A stretch of DNA of 64,000 nucleotides from Adineta vaga (lineage: Eukaryota; Animalia; Rotifera): positions 12,028,001 to 12,092,000 of the forward strand of contig CP075494.1 of NCBI GenBank assembly GCA_021613535.1, given 5' to 3'. The stretch's first letter is position 1. The number at the start of each line of letters is the position of its first letter. Shown one piece after another: positions 1 through 13,439 of this stretch. The notes under the pieces are model-generated. The model ran no database searches and had not been told where the DNA came from. It saw nothing but the letters and a program-made list of their open reading frames with translations. The position numbers and the translations under genes are program-made.

Positions 1-389
1 GGTAAGATAAGAGTAGGTATCACAGCGATATCATATGACTGGCCAAATCGAATGTAGATGTCGTCTGATTTATCATACGCTTGATTTATTTATTATTCGA
101 TGAAATGGAATCTTATCAATAATTTCGATAGAATTTGATGCAAAGTTAGTTTTTAAAAAATAGATCAAAACGCAATTCGTTTGTACATTTAGAAGTGAAT
201 TTCACATACTGTAAATAAAAGTATATTCACACATTTATATTAATTTCAAGAATCTTACCTATTAATATTATATGATGAATAACCTCAAATCATCTAAGAA
301 TATCTTTCATTGTCTCATAAAATCTATCACAGTAGACAATTGATTGATATAGATCTACATATACGAATCTTTTATTTTTAGATATTGCA

Positions 390-1097
390 ATGAGTGAACT
401 TGCATCTCGTTTAAAATTAATTATTCAACGTGTCAATGAACTATCCTCTCCTGCTCGTTCTCCTGTTCGTCTAATTGCCATATCGAAAACTAAACCTGTT
501 GAAGATATTATTGAACTGTATCGAGCAGGTCAACGTTATTTTGGAGAAAATTATGCTGAAGAATTAGAAAAAAAATCCAATGATAAACTGATTCAAACTC
601 ATTGTCCCGATATTCGTTGGCATTTCGTCGGACATTTACAACGAAAAAAAGTTCCACGATTTTTAACACGTGTTACAAATCTCGATTGTGTTCAAACAGT
701 TGATTCTATTGAACTTGCTGACCGTTTAAACATGATTCTTAAACAACAATCACAAAAATTGAATGTTCTTCTACAGATTAATACAAGTAATGAAAAACAA
801 AAATATGGAATTGATCGAAAACAATTTCTATCTCTCTATGATTATATTCAAAAGAATTGTCCAACATTGATATGCCAAGGTTTAATGACGATTGGTTCGT
901 TAGATAATGTTCAGGCTGCAAGTGATCAAGATTTTCAAGTATTAGTTCAATGTCGAAAAGATTTATGTGAGAAATATAATCGTAATTTGAATGATATCGA
1001 ACTATCCATGGGTATGTCACATGATTATGAACGAGCAATTCAAGCAGGAAGTACGATTGTTCGTGTGGGTAGTTCGATATTTGGTCCTCGACGTTAA
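390..1097 (+). CDS. PLPBP: Pyridoxal phosphate homeostasis protein (PLPBP/PROSC, YggS family), intronless, 235 aa
   Basis: Motifs AISKTKP (PLP lysine), FGENY, WHFVGHLQ, GLMTIG, LSMGMSHDY..AI..GSTIVRVGSSIFG. Confidence 0.95.
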   Translation: MSELASRLKLIIQRVNELSSPARSPVRLIAISKTKPVEDIIELYRAGQRYFGENYAEELEKKSNDKLIQTHCPDIRWHFVGHLQRKKVPRFLTRVTNLDCVQTVDSIELADRLNMILKQQSQKLNVLLQINTSNEKQKYGIDRKQFLSLYDYIQKNCPTLICQGLMTIGSLDNVQAASDQDFQVLVQCRKDLCEKYNRNLNDIELSMGMSHDYERAIQAGSTIVRVGSSIFGPRR

Positions 1098-1164
1098 TCA
1101 ACCAATTTTTTTTGTATGCCAAATGAAATACATAGTAGTTCCTTCTTCTTTCAGATTAACTCAT

Positions 1165-3827
1165 ATGGAATATAGTGATGCTGATCCATCGTTTCGTGCA
1201 CGATTTATCGTGCCAAAATTTGATCCAGATTCATTCATTCAATCGATTGGTATATTAAACAAAAGTATTGAACGATTCGATTTTCATTTGTATATATTTT
1301 TCAGCATCAAAATCGATTGGAAGTGAAGATTTGGTTAATATGAAACGACGAATGTATTTAATTTCCAGTGAAGCAAAAACAGATTTAAAACAAAATGTCT
1401 ATCGAAATCATACAAAATTTATTGAAACAGCCAAACAAGTAGCATCGCTCGAATCCGAAGTTTATCAATTACAATCGTTATTGGCCGACGAAAAGCAATT
1501 ATTGAATACTGTGAAAGAATCACTAAATATTCAAACGCAGGTTAGATGATTCAATCGATTCATATTGAGTAATAACCTACACGCTTCATGGATGAATACT
1601 AATTTAACATTGAGTTATGTTATATATTAAAATAATGGTCAAGAATTGAATTGATAGTTTGTTACAGATTAACAAAACATAATATATATGTGGATTGTTA
1701 TTCAAATATATTTTTCAAGCTTTAATTTTTTATTAATACGTGTACTTAATAATTGCTTGTATGAAATTTTAATAAATTTGATAATAACATTAATACAACA
1801 TTTTTAACATAACCAAATTTTAATCTAAAACAAACACTATGTCGAATAAAACTGAATGATATCGTATTCGATCGAAAACGAACGGAGTTGCTGTTTGTTT
1901 ACTCACTACTGTATAAAATGAAAAAACAAAATGTTCCTCTCGTTGATCTATTTTTAGTCCGATACTTCGGGAACATTAGAAACAGATTCTTGTCAATCAC
2001 TGCTTCGTCATTGTCAAAGTTTAGGTCTTGTTTCTGCTAATCCCGATCGTCGTGTCATTTATACAGGTAAATTACTTGAAGTTAAAACTGACAATCATTC
2101 AAATAATCAACATCTTATAAACGATACTACAATGAAACAATCTTCTTCACATGTAACACAACCATGTTATGGTCTTCTATGTACGGATTGTTTTATTATT
2201 GCTAAATCATCAAATATTCGTACAGCAACTGCCTATGATGTTGATCAAGTCATTAAACTTCAACGAAATTCCATAAATACAAATGATAATGATGCGTATA
2301 AACAGTATTCATCAACATCTGTTGAAATAATTAATGTAAAAGATGATGTACTACGTAATGCATTTTCAATAAAATATAATGCTGATACGATAACAATGAT
2401 GTGTGAAAGTGCACAGATAAAGAAAAATTGGATTGAAATGTTTGAAAGTTTACTTTATACACGTACGCGACGACTCACTCGTGTAGCTTCATTACAAACT
2501 CAAGAAGAAGAAGTTTTTCAAGAAGAATTCTTTACTGAAGATTGGATTACAAATACAGAAGAAAATTTAACTATACTTTTAGCTGAACGTAATCTTCAAG
2601 AAGCATTATTATTAATACTTAAAGGACGAAAATATGCAAAAAATTTTCTTATTGAACATAAACAACAATTATTACCGTTCGTTGATGATTATATTAAAAC
2701 TATTCAAGAAAAAGAACAAGATTTACGTAAAATAATTGAAAAAGAAATTTTTACCATTTCAGAACGAGGTTGTTCAACTAATTTATTAAAACATTATTAT
2801 CAACGGATACAAATCTTAAAACAATTAGGATATGTACCAAAAGCTTGGTAAGTTTCTTCTCTAGACAAGAAAAATATCATCACAAATCTACTCTGAACTA
2901 GTAAATAATGACTTTGATTTATTTTCTAGTGATTTATTTTTTACAATTCAATATTCTCTGATGAAAAATACTTTGAAACAAACAAAGATCGAAGAATTAA
3001 ATGTTGCTTTTGTTGAAAATTTTGCGAATACATTTTTTACACGTTTGGTTGATAGTTATTATGAATTTGTTCAAATTTTCAAAGATCAACGATCAACATT
3101 TACGAAATTTATTGTTTGGATGTCGAAAGAAATTGAAAAATTAATAACAATTCTTCATAATCAACAATATATTGGCACGAAAAATTTCACATTTTCTATG
3201 CGAAATATTGAAATTTTATTAACGAAAGCTGATGAATTTTCGGCAAAATTAATTGATGTAAAATTTATTTTCGAAGAACAAATTGAACAATTATTAACAC
3301 AAATTATTCGTGCACAGAAAGAATTAATTATCGATACTTTAAGACAACGGCATCGAGATGAAAAATGGATACCTGTTACATTTCAAACACGAGAACGATT
3401 AAATCAATTGTTTTATGAATTTTTCGAATTAGGCGTCGATGGTCAAACATTTCTTGAATCATTTATTAAAGAACAAACGGAAGATATTACACAAATTGAT
3501 TTAGCACCAAGTACATTACAATTTACAAAAGCATATTTAACGTTTTCACGTGATTTATTTAAAATTCATTATCTATCAATTAATCATGTTATTGTTGAAG
3601 CATTAGTAGAATTAATAAAACTTCATTTGAAATATTATGAACGAACTTTAAATAAAACTAATGATAATAATTTGAAAAATTTTATTATGAAAAATGTCGA
3701 TTTTTCATTAAATTATCTTTTTCATCATGTTGAACAAATGTATACACCAAAAATTGGTACTTCAACGAAATTTTTAATCAAAGTTTATGATAAAATGGAC
3801 AAACTAAGAAATCTAGCACACAGTTAA
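1165..3827 (+). CDS. EXOC8: Exocyst complex component 8 (Exo84), multi-exon
   Basis: N-terminal FDPDSFIQ...LKQNVYRNHTKFIETAKQVASLESEVYQL (Exo84 signature), PH-like middle (CESAQIKKNWIE), DWI..TEENL.ILLAERN and helical C-terminus; GT-AG introns at ~1250-1303, ~1541-1957, ~2848-2928. Confidence 0.88.
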
Positions 3828-4146
3828 ATATTCACTATTTCATCTTTTCTTTTTATGCATATTCAATAAAATAATAAATATTATTCAATTCAAAACATAT
3901 TTCTTGTTGATGATGATGATGTCGGCGTGCACCATGTACACTATACATTGCAAATAGATATAGACATAACTACACCCACACTCTGAACGTTGTTTGCGAT
4001 TATCTCATTTGGTTTATTCATACATGTACACATATATATCTATCAATTAAATATCACTTAAAAAAATAAACATAGATAAAAGAAAAAAGAAATGCTCAAT
4101 CTAATATTGTAATAAAAATAGAATCAAATTTCATATTGCAAAATTC

Positions 4147-6649
4147 CTAAGATGTTGGTGAGTTGTCAGTTGTTGGAGGTAAACGTTCTGGTCGAACTTC
4201 AAAATGAATATTAATATCGTCAGGTGTTTCTGAATTAGTTAACATATCATGATGTTGAATACCATTGGGCATAAGAGATTCTTTTAATAATTTTTCATGA
4301 CAAAAATCACATATACGATATTGTGGAGAACTGAAAATAGGTAAAGATGATTAAAATTTGCATTAAACGAAGTCATATATTAGAATATACTTTGTTTTCG
4401 AACTTTGCATCCAATTATTTGAACAATAATAGCAAAAAATCTTTTGACACTGTCGACAATGATGCTATGTAAAGTAAAATACGTTCAATTTCGAAGAAAT
4501 ACAAAACTTTAATGACATACTTTTCTTACTGTCCATCCAAACTCTGTATTACATTTCGTACAATTAGCAACATCTTCATCTGCAACCCATTTTCTTGATT
4601 GTTCTTCTTCAAGTTTAATTTCATATGAATGAATAGAATTAAATAATTCTGCTTTTTCACTAAAGATGAAGAGTATGAAATTGAGAAAGATTTTCTCATG
4701 AATATTTTCATACCGAACAGCTTTGACTAATCGACGTTTCATTTCTTCGAAATCAAGTGTTCGTTCTTGTAATGTAGCTTCTAATTGTTCTTGTGCTTTA
4801 TCACGTTCATTCTGAAGAAGAAATTTGATCTTTAATTAAGAAAATAGAATATTATAACTTAACACGTACTCGTTCTTTTCCCATCAAAATTCGTTCATCT
4901 TCAAGTAATTTTTGTGACTAAAAATACATTTGTATTCGTGATTTATAATATTCAAGGTTAATTCAATTACTTTCTCAAGTTTAATTTCTAAAAGTTCAAT
5001 TTGTTTTGTTTGTTCATTTGATCGAGAAGAAATTCCATCTTGAATTGTTTGTAAATGTTGAGTTTGTTCATCAAACTTTTGTTGTAATTCATTAAGATTC
5101 TTATCTTTATCGTCAATTAATGATCGATATTGAATTAAATCGCGTTCATAATCTTTTATTTTCTTAAATACAAAAACAAAACAGAAAAGAATTATCGAAC
5201 TCTTTTCATTCATCATTCACTTACATCTGATGATGTTAATCGTTGCATTGAAATTGATGAAAGTTGAAAATTCAAACTATTTATTTCTTCTTTTAATAAA
5301 CTAATTTCACTTTTCATTTGTTCATTCTCATCACTTAATTTAGTTTCTAATTCTTCAGTATTCTTCGGTGTAACATCTTGAATCATTGAACATTGAGTTT
5401 CAACATCTGTGGTTGATATTGAATTTGATATTTGTAATTCTTGTAATTGTCCTTCTAATTGATGACATTTCTGTTTCCAGTAAGTCACAGTATTTTCAGG
5501 ATCTTCATCAACCGATGAAAGTGACTGAGCTGAACTTTCATCATTTACAGATGACTCAAGATTCTGAAAGAATTTACTTTAAAGAGACAAAGAAATGAAT
5601 TACTTTATATTTTTACTTGAAATAATGCTGGAGTAATTGGAATGGAAGTAGAGAGTTCAGGAATAACTGAAATAACTGATTGAGAATCGATACTATTCTG
5701 AAATATAAGAGACAAATTGAAGATATAAATCGTATAGCAGTACTCTCATACCATGGATAGAAAACTAGATACACTGCTATTTCTCATTCGTGATGCTGCA
5801 TCTGATAATGTTTTCGGACGACTTTCAATTGATCTATAAAAATATGAAGAAAAAGAAGAAGATTCATTTTTCTTCCCGAAGACCAAATCAACAAACTCTA
5901 TAGTTGGCCAACACACATCAAGTTGATATTGTGAAGTAGAAAGAAGATCAAATTGTAGATCATTTAATTGATATAAAGCTTGAATAATTCGATTCATATA
6001 ACTTGGTGTTGTCCAAAAACATTCATCAATATAAAATTGACTAAAAGAAAGACGAACCATTAAGATTTTCAGTAGATATTTTATGATAAATTTTACTTGA
6101 CAATTTTGATCGTCATAAAACTTTGTTGAATCACATCACCTAATCGATGATTTTGTAAACAAAACCGAAGAAATAAACGTCCACGACCAGTCGGAGTTTT
6201 AACTTCTTGACTATTGAGTGCATATAATACGGTGTCATATAAACCTTTACTTTCTTTTAAGGCCATAGAGAAAAAATTCCAATAACTTCGTTTATTATTA
6301 CTATTATTTAATAAAGATTTTCTATCTGAATAGAAATCATAGGTTAATATAAAGAGAGAATATGAATTCGTTATAAATTTACTTTTTAAATCAACTTCTA
6401 ATAGTTGTTCAAGATTTTGAAAGAATGTTTGTAGATGTACATTTGAATCATCAATTAGAACTGGTTGATAACTTTCATTAATTGCTGTTGTATATTGAGA
6501 ATAAAGTGCATTTGTTTTTTCTAATAAATCACAAATGAATTCATAGATATATATTTTTGTTGATAGGCTCTATATTTGAAATGTATACCTTCGATGATTT
6601 CAATTGATCGTAAGACAGATGATAGTTTACGAATATCTTGAGTGGACAT
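4147..6649 (-). CDS. RUN + coiled-coil + FYVE domain protein (FYCO1/RUFY-like), multi-exon
   Basis: RUN motifs KTPTGRGRLFLRFCL and LYQLNDLQFDL..LDVCWPT; long coiled coil; FYVE WVADEDVANCTKCNTEFGWTVRKHHCRQCQKIFCYYCS...RICDFC; no GOLD domain before the stop at 4147-4149. Confidence 0.85.
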
Positions 6650-7300
6650 GTTTCATGTATGAATGATTTAGATAGAAAGTTTCAAATGAGGAGACTTTGA
6701 AATCTAATCTTTTCGTCTTCACTCACTTCACCTTGTTGGTAGAATGAATGAAGAAGAAGAACATATCTATTGGTAGATGACTATTTGCCACTTGATTCAC
6801 TAGTTTGAGTTTTTTCATTGGAGAGACTAAATGAGGTCGCTATGATAAAGATTTTCATGAAGATAAATGTATTCTTATATGTATTTGAACTTCTAACATG
6901 ATTTTAAAAGCAATGTTTATTCTGTAAATGTAAAACATTACATATATATAAGTATATCTTCTCTATACAGTCGAAGTTTTCGATTGTTTTTATTGAAATA
7001 ATAATCAATATACATATTTTGCACAAAAAAAGAATTTATCTAGAGACTTCATCGCTTGTACATTTTTTATTCATATCTCTGATAAAAACTTTCTTCAAAT
7101 CTTGTAAGTTTACTATGTATTTTTCAGAATATGAACGACATCTATCACTTATCGTTTTACATCCTGAGTGTACGAATAATATATATATATATATAAGAGA
7201 ACTACTATTCATTGGTACAGTAAACTAACAAATCTCATTGCAATTTCATAAGACACATTTTCGAGTACATTTATTGTTTTTTTCTATTTGTACAAAGTAC

Positions 7301-9658
7301 ATGGCATCTGATGACAATGATTCTTTCTCAGATAATCTCGATCAAAATCATACTGAACGTGATCTTTATGCCATATTACATATCAGTAGAGATGTAAGAT
7401 ACAACAAAAATTGATTTTTTTTTCAATCTGTAGTAAAACCGAAACCTTTTAGGCTGATACAACAACCATTCAACAGGCATATCGTCGTTTAACACTTTTG
7501 TATCATCCTGATAAACATACAGATCTACGTTGTAAACAATTAGCTATGGATTTATTTATTCAAGTAAAAAAAGCATATGATATTTTAAATGATCCACAGA
7601 AACGTGCGATTTATGATACACTTGGAATGAAAGGTTTGAAAGAAGAAGGCTGGCAAGTGAGTAATAATTCCATCATTGCATGGAATTTCATCAAGATATG
7701 TTTGTTTATTTGAATAGATTAGAGCTCGAATGAGAACTGCTCGTGAAATTCTTGATGAATATGAACGGCTTACTAAAGAACGTGAAGAAAGACGTTCCAA
7801 TCAAATCACTAATGCTAATGTTCGTTTCTTTTCTTTTTTTCGAATACAATTTCATTTGTTTCTACTCAATATGTAGGGTTCAGTACATTCAACAATTAAT
7901 CTCACTGATATGTTTAATCAAATCAATACATCCAATGAGAATGAGTAACTATTTTTCGTAGTTCAAGCTTTATAATAGTTTTTCTCTTCATCAGAGAGTT
8001 TTTGCCAGAAATTGAAATCACAGAATTTACTATTGAACAAAGTATTGATGTTCCAATAACTAGTCAAGATACAGCGATGATCAGTGCTGTTGCTACAACA
8101 CGTAATGGACGTGGAACTGGATCAATAACTACATCATTTCGACGTGTACTACCGGATCTATCTTGGTTTCGTGTAAGAAACTTAAGGCGTATCATGTCTT
8201 TGTATTTATTTAACGTAAATATCGTTTGTTTAGGCTGATTTAACGTGTAGTCAACGTCCTCATCTCGGACTTCGTTATTTTCGTCGTATAACACAAAAAC
8301 TGTAGGTAAATATAGAATATTATTTCATCGAAATTAACGTCTATTTTTCGTTAGTTTAGTCATGCAAGTGTAGCAACGACATTTAGTTTCATTGGTGGTC
8401 AAAAAATGATAGTTACGCCCGGTTTTGTCTTTTCGATAACTTATCAATTAAGTCATCATTTATCGAGTAGTTTGCAATGGAAAACAGGACGTGGCTCATT
8501 TATGAAAGGAGTTCTTCAATATGATAATCAAAAATGGGCACTGTCAAGTGCTGTTCAAGTATGTTCTTTTATATGAAGTAATGAAAATATTGAAGAGTTC
8601 GTCTTTTAGCTTGGACTTGTTAATACGTATGCAGCAGTTGATGGTGTTTATCGATTTCCTAATGTGTGCAATCTTCGATTTAGTTTTAAGTAAGTAGAAA
8701 ATTAAGGCACCTCTGAAAAGTGTGGCAATCAAATTAGTTCAGTTGCGCCAAATGAGATCAAAGTTAAAGATTCAATATTGCACGTATTCATTTTTGCAGA
8801 ATGTTTGCATTTGGACCATGGATAGAATATGGTATCGATCGTCAATTAACTAAATATACACATGGTTCTGCAACAGTTGCTATCAGTGCGAGAATGGGTG
8901 TTCTATTACGATTAAAGTATATTTATTTTTCATGAGTGAAATAATTGATTACGAATCAATATTTCAGATTCAATCGTGGTAGTCAAACATTTACAATTCC
9001 TTTACAATTATCAAAAGAAGTTCTTCCAAGTGCTATATTTTATGCTACTGTAGCACCTGTTCTTGCCTATCTCATACTTGATCGATTTTTAATTCAACCA
9101 TTAACTCGATCCGAACAAGAACAGTAATTAATATTATTTTATTTATATGACTAATCTTATAAATATAATAATTTATAGGGAGCAAAAAAAACGTGAAGAT
9201 AAAGCATATGAAAAACAAAGTGAACGTCGACGTGAAGCTATGAATGCTCAAGAAGTTCTTCGATCACTTGTCGAACAAATTAAAGAAAATGAAGGTTCAC
9301 ATGGTCTCATCATTCTTCATGCACATTATGGTCATCTAACATCTACAATGAATGAATCATCTCTAAAAATTATCGATGTTACAATACCATTACAAACATT
9401 AGTAAAAGATTCGACATTAAAAATCGATACAACCGTTTCAAAATCGAATTTAACTGGTTTTTATGATCCTTGTATTGGTGAAGAAAAATCTCTGTTAATT
9501 AGCTATTCATTTCATTCACAAATACATACAATTACTTACAGAGATACAGACCCCGTTCTATTACCGAATAGAAGTATGAAAATGAAATTCATCTATTTTC
9601 GTCATTGATAATAGAACATATTTTTTATTCTTCTATTCTAGATCATTTGATCTCCTGA
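7301..9658 (+). CDS. DNAJC11: DnaJ homolog subfamily C member 11, multi-exon
   Basis: J domain (LYHPDKH...AYDILNDPQKRAIYDTLGMKGL); C-terminal GLIILHAHYG, IDVTIPLQTLVKDS, SKSNLTGFYDPCIGEEKSL. Confidence 0.95.
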
Positions 9659-9759
9659 ATGATAAGTGAATTCTTCTTTTGTACCTGTTTATAGTTACTC
9701 TTTTTATATTAAATATAGTATAACTTTGTCCGAAATGATGTTCGATATTTTCTTTTCAG

Positions 9760-10671
9760 ATGTTGCTTCGTTCTCTTTCGTCATCTCTCAATCGATTGAG
9801 TTGCCTCTCGATTCTTCGAACTCATTCGACAACATCTAATACAACACATTTCGGTTATGATCAAGTACCCGAAGCAGAAAAACAAGCACGTGTCAATCAA
9901 GTCTTTTCGTCCGTCGCTGATAAATATGATCTCATGAACGATATTATGAGTTTTGGTGTTCATCGTATATGGAAAGATTATTTCATTCGAGTTATTCGTC
10001 CAGATCCTCAATGGAATTATATCGATGTTGCTGGTGGAACTGGTGATATTGCTTTTCGTTATTTAAAAGATATCGATCGATATAATCCATCATCTTCAAT
10101 CCCAATAGCTAAACCTCCGGAAATTCCAACACATACATACCTAGCTGAATCTCTCGAACAAACTCGAATTCATCCAACATCGAAATGTGTTGTTGCGGAT
10201 ATCAATCCCAATATGCTTGCTGTTGGTAAACAACGTGCTATAGATAATAATCTTCATGATCGTATTCAATGGATTGAAGCGAATGCTGAAGAATTACCAT
10301 TTGAAAACGAACAATTCGATGTGTATACTATTGCATTTGGTATACGAAATTGTACACATATCGATCGTGTTGTTTCCGAGGCATATCGTGTGTTGAAAAA
10401 AGGTGGACGATTTCTTTGCTTAGAATTTAGTCAAGTTAATAATACATTATTACGTTATTTTTATGATCAATATTCAAAAACATTTATCCCTCCAATGGGA
10501 CAAATTATTGCTAATGATTGGAATTCATACCAGTATTTAATTGAATCTATACGTGTTTTTCCTAAACAAACAGAATTTGCTGCTCTCATACGTTCTTGTC
10601 AATTTCGTTATGTAACTTATGAAAATTTATCATTTGGTGTTTCAGCAATTCATTCAGGATATAAACTTTAG
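9760..10671 (+). CDS. COQ5: Mitochondrial ubiquinone biosynthesis C-methyltransferase COQ5, intronless, 303 aa
   Basis: Basic/Ser-rich presequence, THFGY, VFSSVADKYDLMND, DVAGGTGDIAF, YTIAFGIRN, LKKGGRFLCLEFS, YQYLIESIR. Confidence 0.96.
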   Translation: MLLRSLSSSLNRLSCLSILRTHSTTSNTTHFGYDQVPEAEKQARVNQVFSSVADKYDLMNDIMSFGVHRIWKDYFIRVIRPDPQWNYIDVAGGTGDIAFRYLKDIDRYNPSSSIPIAKPPEIPTHTYLAESLEQTRIHPTSKCVVADINPNMLAVGKQRAIDNNLHDRIQWIEANAEELPFENEQFDVYTIAFGIRNCTHIDRVVSEAYRVLKKGGRFLCLEFSQVNNTLLRYFYDQYSKTFIPPMGQIIANDWNSYQYLIESIRVFPKQTEFAALIRSCQFRYVTYENLSFGVSAIHSGYKL

Positions 10672-10732
10672 AAAGTTTTGTTTTCCTTTTCAGATTAACT
10701 TTTTCATAAATTAAAAAATCAAGTAAATTATC

Positions 10733-11847
<1,115 letters not shown>

Positions 11848-12039
11848 AAGAACAAACCATTTTTTTCCATTTAGTTTTACCTTGTCCTTATATAAGATGA
11901 CAAATCTACCTATCACTACTAGTCCTATTTCTCACATCCAGTTATTCTTAGCTAGTCTTTCTTTTTAATTAAAACACCCGTGATGCATCTAATAACCAGT
12001 AGTTTTATTTTATTCTTTTTCTTTAAGATCTATTTCATT

Positions 12040-12974
12040 ATGGCAACAACAGAAGAATTTCAATTGAAACGTTCAGATCGTAAACGAAAACGTGAAACAG
12101 CTGAAGAAGAAAATGCTACGATGGATACAGAACAGACTACAGCAGCTCAATTTCCACAAATAAATCCAGCACAATTAGAAGTAGATATTTGATTTTATCT
12201 GTAATGAAAAACTCAAACTTATATTGTTGTTTTGTTCAAGGAGCAAACTGATGGTTTTCGAAAGGTGACAATTCCTGCTCATCGATATACACCATTGAAA
12301 GAGCAATGGATGAAAATCTATTCACCTGTTGTCGAATATCTTCATTTACAAATACGATTTAATCTGCGAACGCGTTGTGTAGAAATCAAAACATCAGAAC
12401 AAACTGAAGATATTCAAGCATTACAAAAAGCAGGTAAGAGAAAGATAAGATATGACCTAGAACATGACAATCTATGCTTCTATTTTCGTTTATATATTTA
12501 GCGGATTTTGTAAAAGCTTTTGCACTTGGTTTCGAAATTGATGATGCAGTTGCTTTAATCCGTCTTGATGATCTCTTTCTTGAATCATTCGAAATCAATG
12601 ATGGTAAAATGAAAATTTTCATTAAAATATATACTTCTTTCTGTTCTTGTTTTCTTTTTTTCAGTTAAACCATTGAAAGGTGATAATTTATCGAGAGCAA
12701 TCGGTCGTATTGCAGGCAAAAATGGTCGAACAAAATTTGCCATTGAAAATGCTACTCGATGTCGAATTGTTCTTGCAGAAGAGTAAGTTATTTTTTAATA
12801 TGAATACGAAATAGGAATCATTTGCTTCTGTTTAGTAAAATTCACATTCTTGGTTCATATCAAAATATTCGAAATGCACGAACATCAATTTGTAATTTGA
12901 TTTTGGGCTCACCACCATCCAAAGTCTATGGCAAACTACGAAATGTAGCAGCGAGAACAGCCGAAAGTTTTTAA
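12040..12974 (+). CDS. PNO1: Pre-rRNA processing KH protein PNO1/DIM2
   Basis: [85 protein letters not shown]. Confidence 0.96.
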
Positions 12975-13439
12975 TATCAATTTCTTTCCGTTGTTATTTA
13001 TTGTTGCTACTGTGTTGCATATATGAAAAAAAAGATAACAATTCATAAGAAAACGATCTGTTAATTTCAGTAAAGTCATTATACAATTGTTACGTTGCAT
13101 ATGTTTTCGATAGGAATAATTGTTTTATACTACGGAAGTTGAAATTCTCCTAATAACAGCGATCATTTTTATGAGAGTATAATCAGATGCATCTGTTTCA
13201 GCTTGAAGAATTTGTACGGAGACATTTTCAAGTGAAGTTATGATTGAATATTCTTTAATTGATCTATTGTCTATACTAAGTGAAAGAAAATTCGATTTTA
13301 ATTGATTTAAAAACAAACCAATAGGTTTTCAGTTGATTGCAATTGGTTGTTTCGATCTGTGAATGGGGAGAATTTTTTTCGATTTCATATCAGAAGAATT
13401 GTTTCATAAATTCTGAATTTTAGATCATTAGATAACTGT

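Noticed and set aside
390-1097. Intronless PLPBP as a bacterial HGT
   Set aside because: It has animal-type features (CPDIRWHF, extended GLMTIG region); lack of introns alone is insufficient
10060-10185. Insertion in COQ5 after DIAFR
   Set aside because: Animal COQ5 proteins have a variable insertion at this position, and the mitochondrial presequence argues against a bacterial UbiE origin
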